DNA of 64,000 nt, taken from the sequence record ON528746. The stretch is one strand, 5' to 3'. Every line of letters begins with the position of its first letter. The first letter of the stretch is position 1. A program made the translations under genes and the position numbers. Under the pieces are notes generated by a model. It saw only the letters and a list, made by a program, of their open reading frames with translations, had not been told where the DNA came from and did no database searches. Positions 1-9,870 of this stretch are shown one piece after another. The DNA is from Shigella phage ESh36.

Positions 1-61
1 ATATTAATTTCCTCTAATTATTTTCTACTCCAAGGCCGCATGAATACACACGGCCGATAAA

Positions 62-277
62 TTAATCGTCGCAGTCGACGCTCAATTCCCAGAACTCTTC
101 TACAGTATAAGTTTCAGTATCGTTTTCAATACAGAAACGTTCATTACTGTTATTTGCTAAAGTAGCATTAACTGTCATTTTATCGCTAGTGCTCTTAAGA
201 GGTGAAATACGAATTAACTGATCACCACTATCCAAGCAAAAAATTTCGCCAACTTTTACATCTTTAAAAATTTTCAT
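62..277 (-). CDS. hypothetical protein
   Basis: 71-codon minus-strand ORF in gene-dense block; no recognisable motif. Confidence 0.35.
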   Translation of the reverse strand: MKIFKDVKVGEIFCLDSGDQLIRISPLKSTSDKMTVNATLANNSNERFCIENDTETYTVEEFWELSVDCDD

Positions 278-417
278 AATTCACCTCAGGGAGTATAAAA
301 TCCAAATGCAGTTGTTGACCATCCCATCCAATACGGAAAATTTGCACCAACGTAAAACATGAAAATATAAAACCAAATGCTTAGTAAATTCATTATTTTA
401 CACCATTCCAAATTGTT

Positions 418-591
418 TCAACAACAGATTTTTAAGCCATTTTGATGAATGTCCATTCCGACAACCGCCATCAAATAAATTCCAACTACAACTGAACCTA
501 AGGCAAAAATCAGCATGAAAATGAATAAAGCCGGAAAAATATTATCGAAAAACCATTCAATAAATGTAAAAGCACTGCGTTTACGCTTCAT
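418..591 (-). CDS. small hydrophobic membrane protein
   Basis: Internal ATG at 591 preceded by GAGG; product mostly hydrophobic; track ORF 418..612 extends upstream. Confidence 0.35.
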   Translation of the reverse strand: MKRKRSAFTFIEWFFDNIFPALFIFMLIFALGSVVVGIYLMAVVGMDIHQNGLKICC

Positions 592-598
592 ATTTTCC

Positions 599-712
599 TC
601 ACATAAATCCAAAGTAAGCGTTTAATACATCAATCATTAAAACGATTGGGAATATACTCAAAACTACTAGTATTATAACTACATTCCATATAGCTTTAAC
701 AATCTTTTTCAT
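599..712 (-). CDS. small hydrophobic peptide
   Basis: ATG at 712 preceded by GGAGG and an early promoter; track ORF 599..847 reads through the promoter. Confidence 0.3.
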   Translation of the reverse strand: MKKIVKAIWNVVIILVVLSIFPIVLMIDVLNAYFGFM

Positions 713-740
713 TTTCTGTTCCTCCGTAGTTGATAGGGTA

Positions 741-770
741 ATAATACCACAGAGGAACAGTCTTGTAAAC
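741..770 (-). promoter_or_regulatory. T4-type early promoter (GTTTAC -35, 18-bp spacer, TATTAT -10)
   Basis: Minus strand reads GTTTACAAGACTGTTCCTCTGTGGTATTAT, followed by GGAGG and ATG at 712. Confidence 0.6.
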
Positions 771-955
771 AACTTTTTTAAAAATATTCGTAATAAATGT
801 GAATACCAATCACCACTGCCGAAACTTGTGCAACCCACCACGCACAAGCAATAAGCACAGAATTCAAAATTTTCATAATAACCTCATTACAAAAGTAAAT
901 GTTAAACAAATTAATGGAATACTAATTAACCAAACAAAACACCACCACAATGAAC

Positions 956-1219
956 TCATAGTTCAATCTCAGCGATTTTCATTTCATTACTATTAATAGC
1001 CGCTTTAAGACTATCTGAAAGAATTACATTCCAGTGGTCATTCATATGACCATTAACTAAGCGTGTAATTTCTTCGGGAGTGGAAAAATAAGGCGTATCA
1101 GACTCCCAATGCGATAGACCCAAGCGAGTATAAATCATACCTTCATCATCGCTAGAATATTCAACTGACACAAACTCATCAGTTATTTTATGTTTAGCGT
1201 AATAAAATTTAAATTTCAT
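956..1219 (-). CDS. hypothetical protein
   Basis: ATG at 1219 (MKFKFYY) preceded by GGAGG and an early promoter; track ORF 956..1279 includes promoter sequence. Confidence 0.45.
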   Translation of the reverse strand: MKFKFYYAKHKITDEFVSVEYSSDDEGMIYTRLGLSHWESDTPYFSTPEEITRLVNGHMNDHWNVILSDSLKAAINSNEMKIAEIEL

Positions 1220-1246
1220 TTTTGCTCCTCCGTAGCTGATAGTTAT

Positions 1247-1276
1247 ATAGTACCACATTCCTTGTGGTATGTAAAC
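1247..1276 (-). promoter_or_regulatory. T4-type early promoter
   Basis: GTTTAC, 18 bp, TACTAT on minus strand, upstream of ORF starting at 1219. Confidence 0.55.
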
Positions 1277-1292
1277 CATTTTGTGAAAATTT

Positions 1293-1850
1293 TTAAATGG
1301 AAAGATACCATCCGTTGTAGTTGCTTTTTCTTACAACCTTACGAAGGTCTTCTCTATCACCGATGAACTTCGGAGTATACTGGATGACACCTGGATGAAT
1401 TTCTTTAGTGTTGAATATAATTATACAGTCAGCGACCTGATGATTCAGAATGGGCCCTAGATTTATTCCAGAACCATATGGATACTCTCCGCTGCATCCT
1501 GTTGTTACAGAAATCCAACGCGAGTCAGTTTGATGTGTCTTAACTTCTACACGAAGCCCGCAATATCTTGGATGCGCTAATACATCCCATGCGTATGTAT
1601 ACGGGTCATTAACATCCTCTTGGCCTTTGTTAACATGCCCGCTTAGCCAATCTGCTACAAAAAACTCTGCGTACACCGCGATACGGCATCTTTCGATAAC
1701 TTCTGCTTTATCCTGATTAGGATTTTGTTTTAAAGAGTATCTTGCTGTATCAGCAATTTTGACCTTCATTTCACTAGTCAAGTCACTGTTCGATAGGGTA
1801 AATGTCGGAATCTGAAATAGTCTCTGTAAACCCGGATTCGTTTTCTGCAT
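1293..1850 (-). CDS. denB: endonuclease IV (DenB)-like
   Basis: 185-aa ORF; size and position downstream of rIIB match recalled T4 denB. Confidence 0.7.
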   Translation of the reverse strand: MQKTNPGLQRLFQIPTFTLSNSDLTSEMKVKIADTARYSLKQNPNQDKAEVIERCRIAVYAEFFVADWLSGHVNKGQEDVNDPYTYAWDVLAHPRYCGLRVEVKTHQTDSRWISVTTGCSGEYPYGSGINLGPILNHQVADCIIIFNTKEIHPGVIQYTPKFIGDREDLRKVVRKSNYNGWYLSI

Positions 1851-2112
1851 TTAGACTTTCCTTTTTACCGCTGAGATAAGCGTTATATACTTTAAGAGTG
1901 CCGTAATAAATTCGGTCATTTTCATCTAAAGACTCACGGTCAAGTTCATCGAGTTCCTTTTTATCCATGACTATAATATCATTGCAGTAAAGAAACCCAA
2001 GTTTTTCGTGACCAAACTCAAATTTATTGCAGTACACAATATTAGCATGATGATTTCCGTGCAGTTTAATCTCTTTTATGTCGGAATCACCGATATTCAT
2101 ACAATAAATCAT
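1783..2112 (-). CDS. hypothetical protein
   Basis: 109-codon ORF, start preceded by AAGGA; 3' end overlaps denB start by 68 nt in another frame. Confidence 0.35.
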   Translation of the reverse strand: MIYCMNIGDSDIKEIKLHGNHHANIVYCNKFEFGHEKLGFLYCNDIIVMDKKELDELDRESLDENDRIYYGTLKVYNAYLSGKKESLNAENESGFTETISDSDIYPIEQ

Positions 2113-2130
2113 AATTTTTCCTTAAAACAA

Positions 2131-2147
2131 AAGGGCCGAAGCCCCTT
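2131..2147 (-). terminator. UUCG-tetraloop hairpin followed by U-run
   Basis: mRNA strand GGGGC-UUCG-GCCC then UUUUGUUUU, just after stop of ORF 2151..2345. Confidence 0.5.
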
Positions 2148-2150
2148 ATT

Positions 2151-2345
2151 TTATTTGAATTGTGCAATTCTTTTTTCTAAACAATCTGCGTAAGATTTCA
2201 TTGAGATGAACTGTGAAAGCAGTAATTCTTGCTCAACTTCATTAATCGTTAGAAACTTTGTGCTTTCTAAAAATTTGCTCAGTGCATTAATTTTGAGCAT
2301 TAATTGATCGTATTCTTCTTTTACTCGTGCTTGATAACCTAACAT
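2151..2345 (-). CDS. hypothetical protein
   Basis: 64-aa ORF immediately downstream of rIIB; start context AAGGAAAAUUAUG. Confidence 0.5.
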   Translation of the reverse strand: MLGYQARVKEEYDQLMLKINALSKFLESTKFLTINEVEQELLLSQFISMKSYADCLEKRIAQFK

Positions 2346-2359
2346 AATTTTCCTTAGTT

Positions 2360-2375
2360 AAGGGCCGAAGCCCTT
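2360..2375 (-). other. UUCG-tetraloop RNA hairpin between rIIB stop and next gene
   Basis: mRNA AAGGGC-UUCG-GCCCUU overlapping rIIB stop codon. Confidence 0.5.
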
Positions 2376-3312
2376 ATTTAAATTGTTCTGTAACGTCTTC
2401 AACTACTTCGTATTGGCAGGTACGCATTTTAGCATCGTTGTAATCAATCGGAATTGATACTACATCACGCGGATGTACTTTAACTTTTACAACTCGGCTG
2501 GTTGAACTGCCAAAGTGACGAATATAAGATTTAGAACACACATGCAGACCGCGAGAACAAGTTTGTGTATCATCGTCATTCACACGAGTACGTGGCATTT
2601 TAACTACTTTACCCGGACTGTTATCAAAGGTGTTTGAGTGACAGTCAAAGTAGTTGTCACGAACTACTTTCCAAGCATAGAAGTAACCATCTTCGGTGAT
2701 TTCAATATCGTTTGCTACCAAGAAATCAAAGAGTCGAGATACCGCTTTTTGGCTTGGGTTTTCCAACAGATTTTCCAGGAACGGAAAATAAAATTCAAAG
2801 TTTTCACCTTTTTCCATCGAGTCAAGAATACGATCAACCAAACCAGATCGTAATTCGATATTTTGATAGAACAAGCTTCCACCTTCAATTCGAACATCAC
2901 CGGAAATATATTTTTCAACAGCGCGACGAACGTTAATTTTTTGCGCTGCTTCTTCCAATTTATCTGCAACAAGCAGATTAAGAATTTCTTGGAAGTTTGA
3001 ATGAGTATTAGGAGTTGCGTTATAAGTTACGCCGTCAACGGTAATTGAAATGAATTTTTTAGATGCATTCCAAATAATGTCAGATTTAGCAACTGGAGCA
3101 ATAACTGCATCGCTATTAACTTTAACTGTAATATCACCGCTAATAGTAACTTTAGAGCGTTTAGCTTCTTCAGCATTTTTCAAAACACGACGGATTGTGT
3201 CAACCGATACACCTTGCCAATCAGCCAATTCCTGTTGGGTGTAATTACCACTTGAATACAGCTTAACAATTTCAGCTTGTTCGTTTTTGGTCAGGCATTT
3301 AATATTGTACAT
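2374..3312 (-). CDS. rIIB: rIIB protein
   Basis: 312-aa ORF directly downstream of rIIA; size and position as in T4. Confidence 0.85.
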   Translation of the reverse strand: MYNIKCLTKNEQAEIVKLYSSGNYTQQELADWQGVSVDTIRRVLKNAEEAKRSKVTISGDITVKVNSDAVIAPVAKSDIIWNASKKFISITVDGVTYNATPNTHSNFQEILNLLVADKLEEAAQKINVRRAVEKYISGDVRIEGGSLFYQNIELRSGLVDRILDSMEKGENFEFYFPFLENLLENPSQKAVSRLFDFLVANDIEITEDGYFYAWKVVRDNYFDCHSNTFDNSPGKVVKMPRTRVNDDDTQTCSRGLHVCSKSYIRHFGSSTSRVVKVKVHPRDVVSIPIDYNDAKMRTCQYEVVEDVTEQFK

Positions 3313-3323
3313 AATTTTCCTTA

Positions 3324-5501
3324 TTAGGCCGCAAGGGCCTTCATAGTTTTAGCGATTTGGGAAACTTCATCATCACTTAAAGAGTTGCGATAACCGATGA
3401 AGTCGGAAACAATACGGAATTTCTTGGTAAACTCAGCAACCATTTTATCACTATTTTTTGAAGCATTACGTGATAATTCATCAAAGAGATTAGTTACTGT
3501 CCAGATATCATGACCAATGGTATCTTTTCCACCATTGAAATACACACCGCGTAATGAACTAACCATATTAGCGAGTCGTGTATATTCTTCAGAAACTTCA
3601 TCTGTACTGAAGTACTTCATCATAAAATCTAGTTCAGGATGCTTGATAATTTTATCAATATATCGTTGAGCTGAACTTGAATAACCTACATACTTATCAT
3701 AATCTACATCATCAAAAGCATCTACATATAAATCACGCAAAGCTTCAAAAATACATTGGCACTGACCGAGTTCTTTTACCTTTTTCTGTAAAAGCGGACG
3801 AATAACATAAAATTCATTAATGCCAATAAGATTAGCCATACGAATCAAAATATTCATAGATGGATGACAAAGTGATGTAGTACCATCCATAGAGAAAATA
3901 TCAGAACGATGCATATACGCTACATAACCAGTAATTTCATCTGCTTCTGACGTAAGTGTAAATAATTCCTCTTTTTCCCAACGCCCATCTTTAATTTCAA
4001 ACTTAAATGCTGTAGCAGCTTTAGGACGAGGAGCTTTACTTTTAACTGCCTTCGGAATATAACTTTTAACTAAAGCTTCAATTTCTGACAAATAATGAAT
4101 GTTAACTTCATCACTTTCAAACATTGCCATAATATCAGGGAGTAAATCAATCTGCGATTCTACTTCCGGATTAATAAACAAAAGACGCTCATTATGATGA
4201 ATATTCAAAGTGTTATTAAATTCACTATCATCTAACGCATGCGCTAATCCACGGACAATATTAACGCGATTTTTAATATTATCAATAACGATATTAATTT
4301 TTGTTGTATTAATACCGAACAGACGATAACTTGATGCAACGGCTGAAGTTTCATGACTTTGCTTAATGCGTTTCAGTCGAGGGTCAAGATTTACTTCATA
4401 CACAACTCCTGCATTGCATAGCTTACTATCTGGTTCAAACATGCTTTGCATCTTCTTATATGACAGATTTTTAGTCGTAAATTTGACTGAATTACTAATC
4501 ATATAATCTCGAGCAGAATATCCCATCTTCATCAATTCACGGTATGTATGACGAGGAGATGTAGATTCTTTAAATCGTTTTACATCTTCATTGAATGCCT
4601 TCTCACTAAGCTCTTTAACACGCTCAATAATATTTTTACGAGTACGATCATCTAATGAAAGAGCTTCGCGTGATGGAGCAATATCAAGTGAACCCATTGG
4701 AAACTTAATGTAATTCACTTCATTACGGATGCTTAACCAGTTACGGTCTCTAATAACACCATCAATAGGATAAACAATACCGCCGTAGATAGCATATAAT
4801 CCACCACGATCTGGCCAATATCTTTCTGGATTTACACCGTAATAGTCATCAAAATCCGGAAAATAATCAATTTCACGGTCAAGACCATTAATGATAGCCA
4901 AATCTTTGAATGGTCGCATGATATAAGAAACTTCATAAGCAAAGTTTCTAAAGTCTTTTTCTTCAACTGGAACTACGATTTCAATACCAGTTTTATCATC
5001 TGGACCCATTTCTTTTACGAATGTAGGTTTAATCTGTGGACCATCACCATCCATGTAAGCTACATAACCACGAATTTCACCTTTATGATATGAAGTAATA
5101 CTAAATGTATCAGTATAACTAAACGGAGATTTAGAACCTAAACCAAACCCGCCAATAAAGTCATTAGATTCAGCCTTAGATGAACTGAAGTATGAATTAT
5201 ACAGACCAGGAGAATTATCATCACCCTGAATATCAAAATCACTCATACCCGGACCAAAATCTCGACAAACAAATCGTGGATCTAAACGTCCAGGAACTTG
5301 TATGATAAATTTTTCAGGATTTCCATTGAGAGCATGGGCATCAATCATGTTGGTAATCAATTCACGGACTACTGCGCGAATTTTGTTTGTATACAAATCA
5401 GATGACAGAATTTTAAATACTTTAGGAGATGCTGTGATGCTAAATGCTTTTGATTTAGAACCATTACCAAGAATTGTTTCTTTTTCAGTGGTGATAATCA
5501 T
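3324..5501 (-). CDS. rIIA: rIIA protein
   Basis: 725-aa ORF beginning [27 protein letters not shown], matching recalled T4 rIIA N-terminus and length. Confidence 0.9.
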   Translation of the reverse strand: MIITTEKETILGNGSKSKAFSITASPKVFKILSSDLYTNKIRAVVRELITNMIDAHALNGNPEKFIIQVPGRLDPRFVCRDFGPGMSDFDIQGDDNSPGLYNSYFSSSKAESNDFIGGFGLGSKSPFSYTDTFSITSYHKGEIRGYVAYMDGDGPQIKPTFVKEMGPDDKTGIEIVVPVEEKDFRNFAYEVSYIMRPFKDLAIINGLDREIDYFPDFDDYYGVNPERYWPDRGGLYAIYGGIVYPIDGVIRDRNWLSIRNEVNYIKFPMGSLDIAPSREALSLDDRTRKNIIERVKELSEKAFNEDVKRFKESTSPRHTYRELMKMGYSARDYMISNSVKFTTKNLSYKKMQSMFEPDSKLCNAGVVYEVNLDPRLKRIKQSHETSAVASSYRLFGINTTKINIVIDNIKNRVNIVRGLAHALDDSEFNNTLNIHHNERLLFINPEVESQIDLLPDIMAMFESDEVNIHYLSEIEALVKSYIPKAVKSKAPRPKAATAFKFEIKDGRWEKEELFTLTSEADEITGYVAYMHRSDIFSMDGTTSLCHPSMNILIRMANLIGINEFYVIRPLLQKKVKELGQCQCIFEALRDLYVDAFDDVDYDKYVGYSSSAQRYIDKIIKHPELDFMMKYFSTDEVSEEYTRLANMVSSLRGVYFNGGKDTIGHDIWTVTNLFDELSRNASKNSDKMVAEFTKKFRIVSDFIGYRNSLSDDEVSQIAKTMKALAA

Positions 5502-5511
5502 AATTTCCTCA

Positions 5512-5715
5512 TTAATTCATATTACGCTTAATAACTTCAGCAACTTCTAGTAGTTCATCTTTAGTTGCAGTGTCGGATTGAATTTTATCTCTAATATCCT
5601 TAAAGCGGTTTTTAAATTCTTCGGCTTCTCCCATATCGAAAAAGCGTTGAATGATTCTATATTCTCGATGAACTGCTTTATCAAAAAGTTCTAAATTTAC
5701 TTTATATGATTTCAT
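5512..5715 (-). CDS. rIIA.1-like small protein
   Basis: 67-aa ORF between gene 60 and rIIA, preceded by an early promoter. Confidence 0.6.
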   Translation of the reverse strand: MKSYKVNLELFDKAVHREYRIIQRFFDMGEAEEFKNRFKDIRDKIQSDTATKDELLEVAEVIKRNMN

Positions 5716-5740
5716 TTCAATATCCTCATTTGCCCAATTA

Positions 5741-5770
5741 ATTATACCACATCCTTGTGGTAAAGTAAAC
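5741..5770 (-). promoter_or_regulatory. T4-type early promoter
   Basis: GTTTAC, 18 bp, TATAAT on minus strand; the -35 G is the last base of the gene 60 stop codon. Confidence 0.6.
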
Positions 5771-6302
5771 TACTGGCTCATCCATTCTTTACGAAGGTCA
5801 GCATTATCTCCCATGAGCATTTCAAAAAGCTCTTTCCAGTTCTCAGGAAGTTTAACAACATCATATACTGGATTTTGAATCATCTCACGATATTCAGATT
5901 TTTCCAAAGAGCCAAGTCCTTTAATATAACGGATGCTATGTTTAGGTAGAGCATCTTTGGCACTCTCATATTCAGCGACTGTATAAAACCATTCTTGTTT
6001 TTTACCGACCTGAGCGATGATTACAGGAGTTTTGACAAAGCGAATTCTTCCTTGTTCAAACAGTTCTGGCCAATTACTAAAAAATCCGAGCAGAGAAGGA
6101 TAAATAGAACCTAATCCAATAATCTCTTAATTATGAGGTATTTCTATAGATAGCCCGAAGGCTATCCATCGTGATCTGCGTCTGTCATAATAGCGACATT
6201 CGCATAGTTCATTGAAGAGGATTTAATAGAACGACGAACATTGTTCTGCAATTTATATTTTTTCATATCAACGCTAGAAGAATCAATTTTTACAAATTTC
6301 AT
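5770..6302 (-). CDS. 60: DNA topoisomerase II small subunit gp60, interrupted by 50-nt bypass; CDS = join(6165..6302, 5770..6114) on minus strand
   Basis: Codons 1-46 MKFVKIDSS...MTDADHDG end at take-off GGA, then UAG and a 50-nt gap with CUUCGG hairpin and landing GGA, then LGSIYPSLLGFF...EWMSQ in frame. Confidence 0.85.
6115..6164 (-). other. 50-nt translational bypass (hop) element of gene 60
   Basis: mRNA UAGCCUUCGGGCUAUCUAUAGAAAUACCUCAUAAUUAAGAGAUUAUUGGA between matched GGA codons. Confidence 0.85.
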
Positions 6303-7101
6303 TATACACCTCATAGAACTTTTCATCAGGAATCCAACCGCGTTTAAATTCATTAAATGCTCGGCCGAATAATTTTGAATTCACAGTTATATTATTAACT
6401 GATTTCCATTTAGCAACTCCCGTTCGTTTATAATGATCGGGGTCATATTTCGTGACGTACCATTCATATAAATTTGGTATTAATTTTACAGCCTCTGGAT
6501 TTGTCGCTGATTTATTATACCATGGTTTCGCCTTTTCAAGTTCAGCTGCTTTTGCAGTAGCAGCAACAGTATTTCCAATACCAACTAATTTTTCAGCTTT
6601 AATGCGTGGATCATTAACATGAAGACGAAAAACTTCGCCTTTTTCATTTTTAAAGCATGTCATGCCTTTAATTCCAGGAAGCTTAACACCTTTATTAACA
6701 CCGCACCATTCCTTTGGGTTAAATGATCCTTTAATTAATAAGGCGCATTTACCCGATTTAATACTTCTCATTAAAACTTTATCTTTCATAAAGTTTTTTG
6801 ACCATTCAGATACTGCTCTTTGATGGTAAATTCTAGCAATTTCATATAATTTACTAGAACGTAAATATTTTTCAGTGTTTAACATTCTATTCATCGCATA
6901 TGCCATTTCACGATTACGATGAATTTTATATAGTAGAAAATGTGCTAAAAAGTGTTCACGAAAAGTCAGTTTCACCAAATTTTCTTTATCATCAGAACCT
7001 CCCATTGATCTTGGAAGGATATGATGAATTTCACCCTTAAATTTAGAAACGCGGGTTTTACCCCGCACTATTAAGTCATTATAGATTTTTTCGTAATTCA
7101 C
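6283..7101 (-). CDS. mobA: HNH homing endonuclease (MobA-like)
   Basis: HNH motif EIHHILPRSMGGSDDKENLVKLTFREHFLAHF; lies between gene 39 and gene 60; apparent GTG start overlapping gene 39 end. Confidence 0.7.
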   Translation of the reverse strand: MNYEKIYNDLIVRGKTRVSKFKGEIHHILPRSMGGSDDKENLVKLTFREHFLAHFLLYKIHRNREMAYAMNRMLNTEKYLRSSKLYEIARIYHQRAVSEWSKNFMKDKVLMRSIKSGKCALLIKGSFNPKEWCGVNKGVKLPGIKGMTCFKNEKGEVFRLHVNDPRIKAEKLVGIGNTVAATAKAAELEKAKPWYNKSATNPEAVKLIPNLYEWYVTKYDPDHYKRTGVAKWKSVNNITVNSKLFGRAFNEFKRGWIPDEKFYEVYNEICKN

Positions 7102-8632
7102 CTACTGTTATCCATTTACCATTAATCTGTACTTCATCATTTTCATTTACGATAATTGTATCGCCATTTAGTTCGAAAGTAAACCACTCGCCATCTTCTT
7201 TTTCTTCAAACGCCTTTTCACCAAGAACTAATCCAGTGATTGCGCAAATATCAAATAATTCTTTGTTTTTAAGCATATCGGCATATGACATACCCCAACT
7301 GTTGAGAACTTTACCACGTAATGGATAACCGCCATGAAGTTCTTTATCACGAACATCAATAAGATATCCGATAGCAGAATCACCCTCAGTCAAGAAAAGA
7401 GTAGTGTCAGCGTCTTTACCGCAAAGATTCGCTTTAATATGTTTATGAACCTTAGCTTTAGAAGCCTTTTTAGCTGCTTTAGTTTCTGCTGCTTTTTCTG
7501 CCGCCAATTTACGAGCCAAGGCAGCTTCAATAATTGGCATCAAAATAGCTTCATTATTTAGAATAGCGCGTGAAATCTTTTTAGCATCAAGTTGAATATG
7601 ACTACGGATTTCACCAAATGGAGAAGTCAAACGCTCTTTAGTCTGAGAATCAAATCGCATGTTTTTCATATCACGAACAAACATAACGATAGTCAAACAT
7701 TCTTTAACGCGTGCTTTAGTTACATCAATTTTGAACTTGCGTTTGATTTGTGGAATAAGGTCTTCACAAATATCATCCATAACACAGTCAATGTGATGGC
7801 CACCATTCTTAGTATGAATGTTATTGACGTATGTTAATTGACGAAAACCATCCGGTGAACGACCAACCGCAATAGAACAATTTTCTTGTTCTTGAACGAT
7901 AGCATGTTCATCATACTGTCGTGCATATTTCTTAAAATTGCCCTGAACCTTTTTACCATTAAAGGTAAATTGAATATCAGGATAAACAACAGCAAGTGTC
8001 TGGAGACGATCTAGTGTAATGTCAAGATAAACCTGAGATAGCTCATTAGTTTCAAATGACATAAAATCAGGAATGAAAGTAACACGAGTTCCTTTCCATT
8101 TTCCAGGAATAGTTTCCCATGATTTATTTTCCATGCCATTTGAACAACGAACTACAATATTATTTTGACCGTCGCCAGTTTCACCGACAAACATCACAGA
8201 AAAAATGTTAGTTAAACTAGAACCAACACCGTTCATACCGCCAGTGACACGTTCTTTATCATCGCCAAAGTTACCACCTGCTTTTGGAATAGTCCATGCA
8301 GCAACAGGACCAGGAATTTCTTCACCGGTAGGTGTTTTAACCATTGCCTGTGGAATACCACGACCGTTATCTTCAACTGTTACTTGGTTGTTTTTGATAG
8401 TAACATTAATTTTATTTGCGAATTTAAACTTAGTACGAATACCTTCATCTACTGAGTTATCGATAATTTCATCAATAAGCTTAACAAGACCAGGTACATA
8501 CTGAACACTTTCCCATTTACCAAACAGAAAGCGCTCATGCATTTCATTAGCAGAAGAACCAATGTACATGCCGCTACGCTTTTTGATATGTTCAATATCG
8601 CTCAGAATTTTAATTTCATTCTTAATCATCAC
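7079..8632 (-). CDS. 39: DNA topoisomerase II large subunit (GyrB-like ATPase) gp39
   Basis: 517-aa ORF with GHKL ATPase motifs (IIDNSVDEG, GGMNGVGSS). Confidence 0.9.
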   Translation of the reverse strand: MMIKNEIKILSDIEHIKKRSGMYIGSSANEMHERFLFGKWESVQYVPGLVKLIDEIIDNSVDEGIRTKFKFANKINVTIKNNQVTVEDNGRGIPQAMVKTPTGEEIPGPVAAWTIPKAGGNFGDDKERVTGGMNGVGSSLTNIFSVMFVGETGDGQNNIVVRCSNGMENKSWETIPGKWKGTRVTFIPDFMSFETNELSQVYLDITLDRLQTLAVVYPDIQFTFNGKKVQGNFKKYARQYDEHAIVQEQENCSIAVGRSPDGFRQLTYVNNIHTKNGGHHIDCVMDDICEDLIPQIKRKFKIDVTKARVKECLTIVMFVRDMKNMRFDSQTKERLTSPFGEIRSHIQLDAKKISRAILNNEAILMPIIEAALARKLAAEKAAETKAAKKASKAKVHKHIKANLCGKDADTTLFLTEGDSAIGYLIDVRDKELHGGYPLRGKVLNSWGMSYADMLKNKELFDICAITGLVLGEKAFEEKEDGEWFTFELNGDTIIVNENDEVQINGKWITVGELRKNL

Positions 8633-8656
8633 TTATCCTCGTTTGGTTTCGGGAAT

Positions 8657-8681
8657 ATTATACTCCGGTAATCATAAAGCT
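8657..8681 (-). promoter_or_regulatory. candidate MotA-type middle promoter for gene 39
   Basis: TAGCTTTA box, 12 bp, TATAAT on minus strand. Confidence 0.4.
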
Positions 8682-8698
8682 AAAGGCCCGAAGGCCTT
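8682..8698 (-). terminator. UUCG-tetraloop hairpin
   Basis: mRNA AAAGGCC-UUCG-GGCCUUU right after stop of ORF 8699..8959. Confidence 0.45.
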
Positions 8699-8959
8699 TT
8701 ATTTAAAACGGATAGTCGAATCCTTGAAGAATAGACCAGAACATACGGTTCCTTCTACTTTCTGCCCGGTAGGTCCAATAGCACGAAATCCAGTATGTTG
8801 GAAATCATTTTCAGAGCAACCGAACCAGTTATATCCAGTGATTTCAATATTAGTAAAACCACTTGAAGACAAAACTTTGGTTGCATTATCAGCATCAGTA
8901 CATCCTGCTAAAGACACTGCTAATACTAATGCTGCGATAGAACGATTAACATATTTCAT
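8699..8959 (-). CDS. putative lipoprotein
   Basis: 86-aa ORF with signal peptide and lipobox-like LAGC. Confidence 0.5.
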   Translation of the reverse strand: MKYVNRSIAALVLAVSLAGCTDADNATKVLSSSGFTNIEITGYNWFGCSENDFQHTGFRAIGPTGQKVEGTVCSGLFFKDSTIRFK

Positions 8960-8961
8960 AA

Positions 8962-9138
8962 TTACCCTTTAAGCAAGTCGTAAAATCCACCATTCACATG
9001 CTTAGGAGCGGAAACTAACTGAATAGCAATCCGATGACAATCAGGACATACATCAGTATCTCTTTCAGAAATTTTCTTGATTTTTTCGTATTCTTTTGCG
9101 CAGTCTTTTGATTGACATTTATAATCATAAAGCGGCAT
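8962..9138 (-). CDS. zinc-ribbon small protein (two CxxC pairs)
   Basis: 58-codon ORF below track threshold: MPLYDYKCQSKDCAKEYE...VCPDCHR. Confidence 0.4.
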   Translation of the reverse strand: MPLYDYKCQSKDCAKEYEKIKKISERDTDVCPDCHRIAIQLVSAPKHVNGGFYDLLKG

Positions 9139-9140
9139 AA

Positions 9141-9560
9141 TTATTCCTTAAAGTGAGCTTTCAACATCTGATACAAGGACCATGCTTGTTCATTATTTTC
9201 AATAGTAACTTTCATGATCGGGAATTCTGTGAAATCTTCTATTTGTTCTTGCTCTTCCTGCTCTTGCTCTTCAGCTGCCTGATATGGATTTTCCACTTCA
9301 TCAAAGAACCCAGCTTCACTTTTTGAAAGCCAAATAAAGTCTTCATCCAAAACATCTTTACCAGAAGATAGTACTAAATTTCCAGTAGATGACAAAATTT
9401 TAATAGGACGCCCAAGAGCATCCACATCTAAAATTTTAAAAGGATGCATACCTAAACGGCGCGCATAGATTCCGTTATCAGTATGGTCTTTAATAAAATT
9501 TTCTTGAGCTTGTTTATTTTTAAATTGATACCATTTATTAACTTCAAATTTAATAGCCAT
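9141..9560 (-). CDS. hypothetical acidic protein (position of T4 goF)
   Basis: 139-aa ORF with [10 protein letters not shown] acidic run; assignment positional only. Confidence 0.35.
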   Translation of the reverse strand: MAIKFEVNKWYQFKNKQAQENFIKDHTDNGIYARRLGMHPFKILDVDALGRPIKILSSTGNLVLSSGKDVLDEDFIWLSKSEAGFFDEVENPYQAAEEQEQEEQEQIEDFTEFPIMKVTIENNEQAWSLYQMLKAHFKE

Positions 9561-9775
9561 TAATAAATTTCCTTCCAGTAAGTTGTACCGTCTTCAGTAA
9601 TTTCACGAAATACACCATAAATTGGCTGTTTATCACCGACTTTCTCATACACATAAACAGAAGTCAAGTGAGTAAACTTGCTAGTATGTTCCTTTTGAAC
9701 TACTACCAAATCTGGATCGAATAATACATCTTCAAATTCGTCATTAGTACAATTCTGAACAATTTTACGTTTCAT
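9560..9775 (-). CDS. cef: Cef-like small protein
   Basis: 71-aa ORF upstream of motB; size and position match recalled T4 cef. Confidence 0.5.
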   Translation of the reverse strand: MKRKIVQNCTNDEFEDVLFDPDLVVVQKEHTSKFTHLTSVYVYEKVGDKQPIYGVFREITEDGTTYWKEIY

Positions 9776-9870
9776 TACAATTTCCTCATTAATTGAACAT
9801 TGGAGCGATGCATTTCAGAAGAGTATCAACACCTTTAGCGAATTTTCCATTTTATTCTCCAAGTTGTTTT

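Noticed and set aside
599-847. Full 82-codon ORF as a gene
   Set aside because: Its N-terminal 45 codons are the early promoter cassette read as protein (recurring ...LFLCG.I.LSTT... peptides); only the distal ATG is a plausible start
8562-8972. 136-codon plus-strand ORF
   Set aside because: Overlaps gene 39 start, an intergenic hairpin and the lipoprotein gene on the opposite strand; no SD
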